Shown here in pieces: positions 37,700-50,654 of a stretch of 64,000 nt of DNA. The position numbers and the translations under genes are program-made. Position 1 is the first letter of the stretch, and each line of letters begins with the position of its first letter. The notes beneath the pieces are model-generated. The model was not told the origin of the DNA. It ran no database searches and saw nothing but the letters and a program-made list of their open reading frames with translations. The DNA is from Catajapyx aquilonaris (Eukaryota), in the NCBI GenBank assembly GCA_000934665.2, contig JYFJ02001648.1, positions 1-64,000 on the forward strand. Reading direction: 5' to 3'.

Positions 37700-39112
37700 A
37701 CTACCACACTACCAGAAATGTAGATGGAAGAGCGGGTGTTCCCTCCGACAGCAAGTTTTAATCTTGCCTTTTACTGTGCATGTTAATTTATACTTAATAG
37801 AAAACATTCAGCAACTGTACCCGTGCAAATAATAATCTCAAAATGGTTCAGCTCATCTTTTTTTGATCCGCAACAGTGATATTATATTGGTGAGTGTCTG
37901 CAATTTTTTTTCCACAACTTGTTGAGAGAGGAACTAGAAACGCATGCGCAGTTGGGTTGAACAACAGGCGGAGATTCGACGCGAGGCGACGACTCCAGGC
38001 CCAAGAGAATCGAGGTGCTGGCGTGGGTTACACTGAGCTGGTCAAGCAAGGAATCCTCCTCTTCAATCCAGAATCGGTCTAGCTTGCTGTCGGCTCTGAA
38101 GAAAACGGTTATTTTGAGGTGAGCATAAATTATCACTGAACTGCACGATGTGTTCATATTTTCAATGCAATATTTTAGTGCGACAGCGTTCTACGAAATG
38201 CGAACATACTATATTCCATATTGACTGGTTTTGCCTCAGTTGTCACCTTCAAGGTCAAGGTTTCACCTGCTGTTTGCAGTCAATGGATGTTGCGTCATTA
38301 GCTGTTGAAAAGCTATGGTGGGCATAACTCATCCATGCGTGTATCATGCGACGCTATGTAATCAAGGGCAAGTGCTAAGAGTGTGACCTTACTGACACTT
38401 CTTTTAATTTCTCTTGCGATGATATCACTGCTTTAAATGTAGAGCTGTATGCAAGATCACGATGCTAACGAGGCAAAACTCTCAAGGCTGTTTATGAGAT
38501 CCACTTCAATAATGTCAGTTCATGAGTGAGTAGTCTGAACAGGTTGTTGCGCGACGCTTTTTCACAAACTGCATGCACCGGATAGTGTTCATCAAGAAAC
38601 TTTGGACTTTGCCCAGGCAGAGCATCTTTGAGTCTCATTAAAATGTTCATTACCGAACATCCCGGAAAAAACACGTAATTCATTATATAACTAGACCCAC
38701 CCAGATTTCTGTAGTTACGTGCCATCATATAATAATACTGTATATAGGCTAATATATAATGGCAACTACGTAGCCTGAAATTTTTTATTGCACCTCGAGA
38801 GCTCAATGTGAGTCATGTATGCTTAAAATGTGCCCTCTTTTCTGTTGGCGCAGCTAATGATTCTAGCAGGAAATGAAAGACTAGCTCGTCGAGTTACGAA
38901 TTCTCACCTAACTCCTCCCAGAATCGCAATTAAACCTTTTAAGGTATGTTCATAATCATAACGAGTACTTGTTTTAAATATAACATCTACCCCTGTACAG
39001 ATAATGCGAAATGTGTGTTTCCCTCTCTCTCATGCGGTATAATTAAAATAAATGTATTACGAGCTTGAAATACCGTATATAATTTCAGGTCCAGCTAATA
39101 CACATCAGAAAG

Positions 39113-40033
39113 ATGCCGGTTCTCAACACATGTTGCTGCTGCTTCACTACCCGCACAGGCACCTTCATTATCGGAATATTGCAGCTGGTAAGTTGCAAAT
39201 ATTCTGCTTAAGAAAAGAAGAAGAAAAAAATACTCGAAATATTAATGCGATATTTTCCTGCAGATTGGTTCGCTGTTAATGATCGGCGGTTCAATATTGT
39301 GTCTGGCATCATGGGAGACAATTGCTGAAGAGTTCAGGAAGCAGGCGACGATTCCTCAGGATGAGATGGAGCAATATCTAAATTGTACGTGGATATATAT
39401 TGTAAACTTTTTAATTCGCCACCGGAATTATTACGTGACAGTTCATCCCGGATGTAACAGTACTGCTCCATCCGCTTTTTTAGATTCTTTCAAATTTGCA
39501 GCCGTCAAGGACTTATTACATAAATTTAAATGAATAATATTGTCACTAATTACAAAAGAGTATTTTCAGGCAAACGATACATGCTATGTTAATAACATCT
39601 CACGTTGTTATTCTTTCCAGTTCTCCATGTTATTTTTATAATTATGGTCGTGGTGGGTCTCACAGTCCTCTTCATTGCATCTCTGCTTATCCATGGTGTC
39701 AGAAAGGTAAGAGTTTTACGCTCTACCTATACTCTTGGATTTTTTTTTCTACATGAAGTCAGAATGATTGCAGTGTGGTGTAATCTGTTAATTTTTCAGA
39801 TGATTCCTGGGCTTTTGATGCCTTACATGATCGTAGCAGTGATATGCCTGGTCGTAGGCGTGATCATGGATATTGTGTTTATCGTCAAAGGCGGAGGAAT
39901 CGCTGCAGGATTGATTTCAATGGCCATCAGCACCGCCTTGGGAGTCTACTTCTTGCTCGTGGTCTACTCGCACTACCAGGAATTGAAGGATAGGGATGGA
40001 AGAGCGGGTGTTCCTTCCGACAGCAAGTTCTAA
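39113..40033 (+). CDS. 4TM paralog N
   Basis: Exons 39113-39187, 39264-39384, 39621-39706, 39800-40033; MPVLNTCCCCFTTRTGTFIIG...VVYSHYQELKDRDGRAGVPSDSKF. Confidence 0.9.
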
Positions 40034-43000
40034 TCTTTTCTGACATGTATTGCCCGTTACCTGTCACTCGTTGCCAATGTTGTCCGCTTCCGGTCATGTC
40101 CGTACATGTATGGCCGAAAATTTTCACTTCATGATATTATTATCACAGGAACAAAAAGTGCACTCTACTATATACGTGCCTTCTGATAAATATATTGTAT
40201 TCCTGCCTCACATCAGTGTTGGGATTCAGTACAAAATTATTAGCAAATGGATTTAGATTTGACATAGAATTAATGTGCTAAAATTTATGATTAGGGCTAG
40301 AGAGAAAATGGTGTTTCTTTCATTTTCTCTACCGGAGGAGCTTTGCTGTGATTGAATTAGTTCGCTGGTTTTAAAGCTGAAGGTCAGTCCATACAGGTGG
40401 CCAACTTTATTGGTCGATCAATGATCACCTGAAGTTTAAATGCAAGATCTTTCTATACTTTGGGTAAATCCATTCATTGCCACTGAGATTCATACTCCAT
40501 GTTTGCATGTGCCAGATGTTTTGTAATCATGAGCTACCTGTAAAATGCCTTATACTGTACTGTTAAACAAGATATAACGTACCATTATATATATTGGTAA
40601 CTTGTCCATGTCATACAATGCAAAACTGTGTAATCGAGACTGTAAGGCAGACTTTAAGGATATTGACTTTACTTAGTAATTGATTATTTTGTCAGCCCAA
40701 TAGTGGTCACACTTATAACAGAACATTTTATAAATACATAATCAAGAATAATATATAAACGGATGTTTCGATATTATGTGACGCAGGATCATGCAAATCC
40801 ATATTTGTATGTCAGTTTGAAGATTACTAACAATTATTTTTATGTACTTTGATTTCATGATATTTTGAGTGTATCCTACACAATGCAAAAATGATATTAC
40901 ACAAGTGTTCATGGGGAAAAAAACGGTGTTGTAAGCTGAGAAATAAAATGCGCTTTCGATGTTTCAACCTGAATGTATTTATAACAGATGCCAGGTATTC
41001 ACTATTTAATTACTCTGTCCAGAAATAGACGTTTATTTTTTCTGGCCACAAAAGCCTATAACCACAGTCTGGTCTAATTTGAAGTTGTGAGAAGATCCAC
41101 ACCCTACTTACCCTAATTTACTTAACCCCCTCATACAAATTCTCCCAACATTGGTGGCCTTAATATATGGACAACACTCAGACGATCGATCAGCCTTGTG
41201 TGGCCTCTTGGTGAAAAACATCGATCTCGTATCATTTGGCCATCTCCGATGGACATATTTCTTCTTTTGTTGGTGCATCTTCTGTTAATTACTCTGGATG
41301 ACCTTTTTGTCTTCTTTTTCTTCACCCCTCGTACAATAAATTCCCCTTAGGTGACCTTAATATATGGAAGAACACAACCCTCTGGCGATCGATCCGTCTT
41401 GTGTGGACGCTCATCAACCTTGGGAAAATATCGAGCTCGCGTCATTTTGTCCATCATCCAAGGGACCTCTTTCTCCTTTTATTGGTGTGGTTGTTGCTAA
41501 TGGGATTGCATTGTTGGCGGAGGAAAACTTGGGATTTATTATTCAAAAGACGGATATTGGGTTGGAAATATCTACAAAAAATATTTATGAAATTCTTTTG
41601 CTCGTAATGCGTGGATAGACTCCAACGTAAATAAAGTTTGAAATTTCATATTTACATCTTTGAACATAACATTGTGCCAGTGGGGCCATATTTCATAATA
41701 CAAAGCAAAGCAAATGCGATAAAACACCATGGATCATGTGGCACACACCAGATCTCATTAACCTTTCAGCAAATGTACACAATATTGCATGTGCCAGATC
41801 CTTAATTATTTATTTACCACTCTGACGTCAAGTTCCGTTGCGTCTCACACCCATGTTTAACACCTTTTAGAAGCCTATGAGGCACAGGAATTTGCAGGCT
41901 ATTGACTTGTCTGCTTAGAACATTCCGCTGTTTCATGACCTACAAGTTGGTATGACAACAACAGCCCAAATCCTGTGCATGAGATAAAGAAACACTTTTT
42001 CAGCCCCTTATGGGAGAATGGCTTCATTGCGTGTGGGATCTTCAATTGAGCTGCCTTACACCACTTTGCTTCACTCGAGTCACAAACAGCCCAGTCAGGA
42101 CGAGTTGTCAACAAGATCTGAAAGGAGGCTCCAACTGCGAGTAAGTCTCTCTTTTTTTTGCATCTTAAAGGGTTTTTTGAGATGAAGTGCATATCAAAGT
42201 GTTATCAGCAACAGAAATCAAATTTGATATTTTTTTCATCCCCGTTGAAATAAGGAAACGAGCTTGGTCGAACCCTGCAGTTGATTAACTCCATAAAAAT
42301 TTATGGTATGGTTTAAGATGAATATTTCAAGCATTGCATGTTCATTTTGAAGATAAATGTGCTCTGTAATGGCTAACATCGGATCTTAAATTTTCAAATT
42401 ACTTGAACTGGATTATTCTAAAAATAAATATAATTTTATTTAAAACGTGTACCACACTAATTCATTTCCATTTTTCATACTAAGATTTTTGCTTTACAGC
42501 GATGTATTTTTTGGGCTTTGCTCTAAAATAATTACCAGAGCCGAAGATGCGGGTGGAAGCGTCATTCTAATGTACACAAACACTATTCAAGTACTGGTTG
42601 ACTAAACGTGACTGAGCGATCTGATTGTGCGAGTATTTATAGCCCAACAAGCATTGATTGCATCATGACGCTAATCTCTCTGAAATCATTAATAGACAGG
42701 CGCTATATACGAATGTAACACGCTGACGTCACTTCCCGGAGTGTATATAATGCTTCAATTTAAGCGGGACACAAATGAGTGGAAAAATGACCCCGGCTGC
42801 TTCCATTAATAGACATGACCTTTTAGCTCTGTGTCATCTTCCTTTCAACCCCCTCTCGGTCCCTGCCCTTTTCTACTATATATTGTGTGCTCTCCGGTTG
42901 GGTGTGGCGCCAGAGTGTCCCGCAGATATAGATTTTCCTCTCTCAAGCCCATTCCTCCGGAGAAGACCAGTTTTATAGCAGATTCTGCCAGTATGTTATA

Positions 43001-43048
43001 AATATTCATCCGGTTCAATGTCTTGATTATTTCTCCTTAGACGCGACA

Positions 43049-44024
43049 ATGGCGATGTTGAAGACTTGCTGCTTCTGTTGCTCGACCCGGATCGGATCTC
43101 TGATCTCGGGGATATTCAGCCTGGTGGTCAATTTGGTGGCGAGTATACTGATCATCGCCACGTTGACGTTGTGGCCCAGAATCAAAGACGACATCGAGAA
43201 GAAGGGGGTGGACGCCCTCGACGTTAATGGTATTAGCTCTCCAGAGATTGTTAGGAGAAAATTGGAATATAAAAATGATTCGGGTTTGGGCCAACAGATG
43301 GCAGCAGCATGCAGAAATGTCGTTGCTGCCATCTGGTGATGGAAATGTGCCTGGACGTTACTGAATTTGTACACTGTAATTAATTAGTCAATGACATGTA
43401 CATTAGCGAGATCGGAAAGACAGGCTAGGAACGTTATATAAGTTTAATTATGTTGACCTGTATGTTCTTATTGGCTGGCTCTTTACTGATTATTAATTAT
43501 TAAAAATTCGCAATAAATAAGGCGACAAAATATTACAATGAGTATAATATTAGAACAGGATTTAGATTAATACACAATTATTGACACATCATTTGACACT
43601 AATCCACATAAATTACAATTTCCTTTCCCCCCAGTTCTAATGGTGATTTTGTGCATCTTGCTGGCTGTAGCTGTTATTGGCGTTATCGTGGGCTCGTTTC
43701 TTATTCATGGAATCAGAAAGGTCAGAGTCAGCTTTGCTTCCCAGCTCCTAAGTAGTGACTAAACTGTGTGTATCTCCTTTATGTTTACAGGAGAGGAGAC
43801 TGATGCTGCTGCCTTGGATCGTGTTTCACATAGTTGGAATCACTGCCACACTGATCTGCATCATATTTATTATGATCCAGGAGGTGCTTCCGCTCACTTG
43901 CAGCATCCCTTGGCTGATTACAACGCTGCTTTGCATCTACGTCACTGCGGTTGTCCTATCCCACTATCAGGAACTGCTAGAAGACGGCCGGCTTATGATT
44001 TCATGCCAGCAGATCAAGCAATAA
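43049..44024 (+). CDS. 4TM paralog O (three coding exons; intron 1 absent)
   Basis: Exons 43049-43229, 43635-43720, 43791-44024; MAMLKTCCFCCSTRIG...LIHGIRK|ERRLMLLPW...VVLSHYQEL. Confidence 0.9.
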
Positions 44025-44630
44025 TATATCAATAAAAACGACGTTGATTTCCCTATGCTTTTATGCTTAAATTTTTACATACCGAAATACATTCGTATTA
44101 TGCTGTATGATCCGCCAGCTTGTTATTTTTGTAACTACAATATTAAACCAATTTTACATGATTGCATATTTACGCTCCAAATTTTCATATTGAAATGAAT
44201 TGATGTAACCCTTTCTGTAATGACTTTTTGCGAACAACTGACCGAGTCCCCATCAGTTCACCGGAACCACAATCTGGTGTCCCGAGTCCATAAATCAAAG
44301 GTTAGTGATGTATGTTGCTCCTAAGGTCACATTAGCGATAATTTCAGTCTAGTCTTGGAAGAAAGCTCTAAATAAGCGAAGACGTGAGCAAAGTGTCGTT
44401 TATGCATACATTTCTTACACGTACTGGACAACTCGTCCTACATTACATTCCAGTCTTGTTTCCAACACCTCCCACTAGTTCGGCTGTCACTTTGATCCCA
44501 CATCATTTGCAACTTGGAATTATTGCGACAACCTCTTTCCTGCTGCCGAATAACAAGTGCGTGTATCTACACTCATCATCATACATGTTTTAATCACTTG
44601 TTCAATTATTTTTTTCAGAACAAACAAATA

Positions 44631-45566
44631 ATGCCGACTGTCAAGACCTGCTGTCTGGCTTGTTCCACCAGGACTGGCTCAGTCTGCATTGCCATCGTCA
44701 ATGTGGTACGTTTATTAATAACTTGTCGCATGACTCGATTCATTTGCTTGTGAATAACCGTCGGAAATGATTGGCAGGTGGTGTCTCTGTTCATAGCGGT
44801 TGCCGGAAGCATCTACCTGGCTGTTGTCATCTCTCACAGGGACTTGGAGAGGAAATATTACCACTTCATAGCCTGTGCGTAATAGCCCTTGGTTTAACCC
44901 CAAATATGCATTGTTCAACTTTTAAATCATTTTTGAAATGAGCAAATTGAGCAAATGTTCACGTGTCCTATATACGTAGGACTCTAGGCATATCTGGGTT
45001 TTAATGACTATTTGCGCATAATTTATTTTGGGCGCCTAATAATCAATGTCATGGTGAATCAAATCAGTGAGGATGAGAGCCGAATTGAAGGCCGATAGTT
45101 AAATTATGCACGTGTTTGATCGATTCTTACGCAATACTTTTTCTTCCATTTCGATTCAGCCCTGCTGATAGGCCTGACCATCGTTGTGTCTTCTCTTGTC
45201 TACGTAGCCCTGGCATCGCTTATGATTCATGGAATTCGCAAGGTACGTAAGCTTTCCTGGCACCTGATGACCTTAGACAGCAAAATCAGTAGTGATATGT
45301 CACCATCCAATTTTCAGGAGAGATGTCGCTTGATGCTTCCCTGGCTCGTGGTTCAAATCGCCTTGACCTTGCTGTCACCTTTTTCGTTCACATTGTTATT
45401 TGGACCCGGATTCGAGGTGATACGGCCACTTGGGATCTCCGCTGTTGTCCTTCACGTTTATTTCCTGATTGTCGTGTATTCTTGTTACGAAGAGCTGAGG
45501 ATCAGAAAGAAACTTGTGAAGGGGTCTGTAGCGCCGGCTGATACCCCTTGGGAGGTGATGGCATGA
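44631..45566 (+). CDS. 4TM paralog P
   Basis: Exons 44631-44705, 44778-44874, 45160-45242, 45318-45566; MPTVKTCCLACSTRTG...MIHGIRK|ERCRLMLPW...YFLIVVYSCYEEL. Confidence 0.9.
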
Positions 45567-48502
45567 GTCACAAATAGTTCAGAAGTTTAGGAAATAACGG
45601 GTGTAAATTTTGGCCTTATTTATTATTTGCCTAAATATACCATTTGTAAATAATATCAATTACGTGACCTGAAATAATTCGTTTCCAATTCACAATAAAA
45701 TTCTCTCTATATCCGCATGTAACAGCCTTTTTATGACAATACTAATCCTGTCATGTCTTTAAAGGAACAACAGGAGCAGTTATAAGAGGAAGATAATTTT
45801 TTTGTAAAAAACCTCACGATAATGGAAAGAATATGAAAAAAAACCGAATGCAAATTTTAAAAATGTTATGTCCTAAACACAGTCCAGGGCTCACCACTTC
45901 AATTTAAACCGCTACACCTCTCCTGTGAATTAATTCCAGATGTTGGGTCAACCCATCATCATTACGACAATGTTGCTTTAATTACGATTTTACATGCAAA
46001 TTACTTCCGGCTTAAATTAGGCAGGATAATTTTAGATCACATTATTATGCCAGTTAGAGGCCAATTAGCATGGGATCGTGTGATTCTTCCAACTGCAGAA
46101 TTGCTTCATCATTTTGATATACCGGATGCAATAAAAAGTGGATAGTCTGCTGTAATAGCTATAAAAAATTATTGGTACAGATTATACAACCAATATTTTT
46201 GATATATTTTCTTTTTATTAGCATAAGAGTTGGGTGTCGTGTCAAAAGATATATAAGCATAAAAATGCATAATCCATTAATGAGTTCAGCATAATGGCCT
46301 GTTGCTGTAGTACTCGTACTTCATAAACACAGAACACATGTTCATAAACGGAAAGCCCATCATGCTCATTTGTACAAGAGAACAATGTTGCATAAATTCA
46401 TTGGAAACCTTTGCACTTCCTGACAAGCTACGGCCAGTAACCTACACTCATGACTTTGAGAGTTAATCAGCCCAATGTGTAACATGTGACTAAAAATGTA
46501 TTAAACAAAAAAAATGATTTCAGCAGAATTATTAATTTTTACCTTTAAAGACCTGCTGGCTTTAAAATGTTTAATTACAATTTGAGGAAGGCTAGATCAG
46601 GCAACCATGCATTATTTTCTAAAGCAAGCCCTTTCATCAGAGTAGGTCAAGAGTGTGGTCCATGCACCGCTTTTGAAGTGGTAAAAAGCATCCCCCCCCC
46701 CCTTTACATCCCTCTCGCAAAAAAAATGAGATCTGCTCACTCGCATTTCCATACATAAAATATCGCGGAAGCTTGTTAAGGGTTTGTGTGCCACTAATTA
46801 TAGTCCGAACCAGACTCTTCGTCCCTGAAATGTCAATCAGACATCTTTCACATGCTCCATTGTGAATCCAGCACGTTGCCTTAAATTTAGACTCGTCCAT
46901 ACCCGCAATAACGATAATAAATATTACGTAACTGAGACCTTGTACGCCAAGAAAACCAGACAACCACAGTCTGAAAGCAAACATGTCCGACGCATGTTTC
47001 TTATCCAACCTTTTACGTTTAAGTGTCGGAAAAAAACACATATAGATGCAGGATTTTTGTGCCTTCCAGCTCTCCCTTGGTTGTAGCTCGCTTATTAAGT
47101 TATGCACATTCCCCCGTCGGCTCCGGACGCGACTTTTAATCAACTAACAGCCACTCTGGGCGGGGACATTATCAAAGGGTCATATGCCTGATTTTTTTTT
47201 CATACTCCTCCGCCCATAGTATGCTGCTAGACATCCAACGTTACGGAGGTGAGTTGAAGTGTAAAAAAATTTTTGGGTCGTGTTTGGGTTATAATGACAT
47301 GTCCATATGGTTCTGAGCATGCGGCGTGTGTGTGCACATGTGTGTATAGGATGGGGAAAAAAAGGGGAGTGTGGGTTTATCCAATGGTGTGTCAGATAGA
47401 AAGTTGCGATGAGGCGGAAACCTGCGCGGATTTATATAGTTGAAGACTTGGAAGGAATCAGAGTGCTTATTCGGACGCGCGCGTGGTGTCCTCGTGGTCA
47501 AGGTCACTCACCTACTAAAGGATTTCTGAGAAGGAAAAAAAGTTGAGGTGTTTGTAGTCTGCAACCTGTTGAGGACGAAGGAAGAGTTTGTGCTGTGATT
47601 GTGCGTTGTGCAGTTGGACACAGTGAGTGCCACACAGTGTGAAGGTTAGTCATGTACCAGAAACTAGTTTTAAAGAGAAGCAATGAAACGGGTTGTAGTG
47701 AGTAAACAATTCCACGTATTTAAACCTGAGGCCTTGAGCAGTGCAATTATGAGCATACAAAGCCAGAAATACACAGGTGTAGGTACTCACGATGTATGAC
47801 CTCAATTGCAGTTGGAAATGTTCGTATGTTACACATGCAGCATGATGTGGAATATGTAGACATAAGGTGTTACAGGTTGTAGCTTATTGCTAAGCAATCC
47901 AAAAACAACAACGGTACATTACATTTTAATGCAAAAAAATTATTCTTACACATAGAGCGCGTTTTTAGGAATGCACTGATTTTTAAACACTATTTTTTGT
48001 ACTAAGGAATCGCTTGTAATTACATCAAATAAAGCATAAATAAATAAAGTGTCCATTATTTGCTCACTGCACTTAACTTGTAAAAATTCGGACTCATCTT
48101 TCCGCAAACTCAGTAAGTCACATTATCGCAATTCTGTTTGCACTTTAGAGATAACCCCCACCAATTTACTCGATATCTCCCCATGAAATTGAGCCATATC
48201 AGCTCAATTAGTCACCGTGCTTGTACCGACCTAATAAAAAAAAGTTTGTCTTTTGATCTCTCTGGGGACAGGTGCACATGGCCCACACCTGTCTGATTCG
48301 CATACACATCATCAGAGACCTGCGTGTGTGATCTATCTCACGTCCTGTTCCGACCAATCAAGCGACACAAAAAAAAGAAACCAAAAAGGGGGAAGTGACG
48401 TCATGGACTGGTGAAACTGACGTCACGTGTCAAACTCCCCCAGCTCTCGACCCGGACACGACAAAAAATATATATATATATTCAGTTTTGGCAAAGTAAG
48501 CC

Positions 48503-50048
48503 ATGGAGAAGTGTTGCTGCCGTTGGTCTCTGCGGTTTGGATCCATCATTTGGGGATGGTTGTCTCTGGTGAGTTTGCACAATTACCAACACTGGTTGTC
48601 ATGGGGAAAGCGGAAGAGATTGGCTTACCGACCCTTTCCTGTTGTAGCATCATGCAATGTGGCGGCCCAATCGCATGGAGTGACGCCAACTTTCAAAATT
48701 CTGACCTCATCCTATAAGGGAAGGGGGAAAAGGTTCAAAAATGACATAACTCATTTCTGTTGCAGATGATTGGTGTCCTGGGAGTCATAGTGTGTGCTGT
48801 CACCCTGGCCCAATGGAACGGTCACAGACAGGACATCGTGACCAGATATCCCGATTCGCCAAAAGTACCCGATTGTATGAGAGTTTTTTAACCTCGACTG
48901 TTCAATGTTTTGATGCTTTAAAAAGCTCATTTATTCAGTACTGCATGGTCATTGTAAAGGCAACGAGACGGCATGTTTGCATGCTTCAAATTTTATTGCA
49001 TGCAATCAGCACGTGTGGAAAAATTGTGTTTTTAAAAAAATGACATGTGCAGGCTGGTTGCCAATATGCAAATGCGATGTTGAGAAAGTCTTGGAAGATG
49101 ACTCGTCTTAATGTGCTTAGGCTTATTCCCGCCGCATTTCTTAAAAATGACGAAATTTGACTTCCGTTAAGTCCTTCCCCGTATGCTGTAATCCGGATAA
49201 TCTTTTATTTTTTATTTTTTTGGCAGTCACCCTGGGAGTGGTCATCACTTTCCTGCTATTCCAAGCGGGACGCGCCTTCTTTGCTTCGTTGCTCTTGGTC
49301 GGAATATACAAGGTCGGTATAACAACACAATGGAAATCTAATCTCTCAAACGGATGTGCAGTACAGGGTGTTCCAATTCCTCCAGTTCAATTGTTGTTCA
49401 GCCCAGAAACCCTGCTTGAAAATGGGCAAAGAGTGAACAGTATTTCGTCTTTGTATAATAAAATCATTTTTTTTATTTTATAGCGACGATTTACTTGTAT
49501 ATTCTTATCCTTATCTGCGTAAACTAATCATACAACTGAATCAATAAAATATGACAAAATTGAACTTAATGAAATTGTCTAAATAAATTCCACTCGTAAA
49601 TTCATCCATTAAACTAATTTATAAATTCATAAAATTCATTCGTTAAACTAATTTATTAGTAATTTTAATAACAGGGCTAATCGTCTAATTAATGAGGCTA
49701 TAAATAATTTTTTTGCATTTCTCACGATTTTTGGACAATTTTTTTTTCTTTTATATTTTGCAGGAATTGCCTAGACTGATGTTCCCGTTCCTGATATTCA
49801 CAATATTTAGCGTCCTCCATGTGTTCACGACCTTGTTGTCCACGGTGGACTTGGCTGTGACCTTTCCGGAGGTGGTGGTGATTGACCTGGTGGGTTCAAT
49901 AGCCATGATCAGCGCCGAGATTTACTGCGGATTGGCGGTAAAAGCATTTTACAGGGAACTCCGACGGAAAAAGAGGAAGGAACTTGAAGGATCAAAATTC
50001 GAAGAAATTGAAGACGACGACGACGACGAAGAGGAGGAAGTGGAATAG
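48503..50048 (+). CDS. 4TM paralog Q with a basic-then-acidic tail
   Basis: Exons 48503-48568, 48766-48874, 49227-49312, 49764-50048; MEKCCCRWSLRFG...FYRELRRKKRK...EDDDDDEEEEVE. Confidence 0.85.
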
Positions 50049-50654
50049 GCCAAATATTATTTTATATATATTAAAAAACGGACTAATCCTGTACATACGT
50101 CACTTATAGGCTAAGATCCTCTTATCGGCTTTTTTAGAGATTATTTATTTGCACATAACGTCACATTGCGAGAGCCGTGTGGGGGATGGGAGGGGGGGGG
50201 GGTTTCTAAATGATAGATAAGCAGTGCAGCAGCAGATGACGAACAATCTAGAAATTAATAGCCTCGAGAACAAAACTGTTGGTAGCCATTCGCTGGGTGG
50301 ACTGAGGTCAGCTTGAAGAGGTCATCTCGACGAAAACCGGACCGATATGACGTCGCTTCCAGTTGAAACTGGTCTTTGCCTCCAGGGTGATGTGTGCGCG
50401 CCTTCTACTCTAATAGTGTAGTGTTGTGAGGGCAGTCCTCGTGTGTGGGTCAATCCCGAGTCGACTATACTGTGCTCTATGTGCACTCTATCTTATCGTG
50501 GTGGGTCCCACATGTCCCCAGAGATCGCCGCCAGCTAACGATCGCAAACAGCAGCACGCATATCGGTGGAGGACAATCCTTCAGGTAGGACCTACTGAAG
50601 TCGGATGGAAATCCAGTAAGAGCTGACCAAATTTTTTTTGTTTTCTGAACAGGT

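Noticed and set aside
40300..42300. Short ORFs in the N-O intergenic region, possibly a decayed transposase
   Set aside because: No motif I can recognise and no TIR or TSD identified; needs BLASTx.
46567..47143. 168-aa minus-strand ORF
   Set aside because: No recognisable motif or splice context; likely chance.
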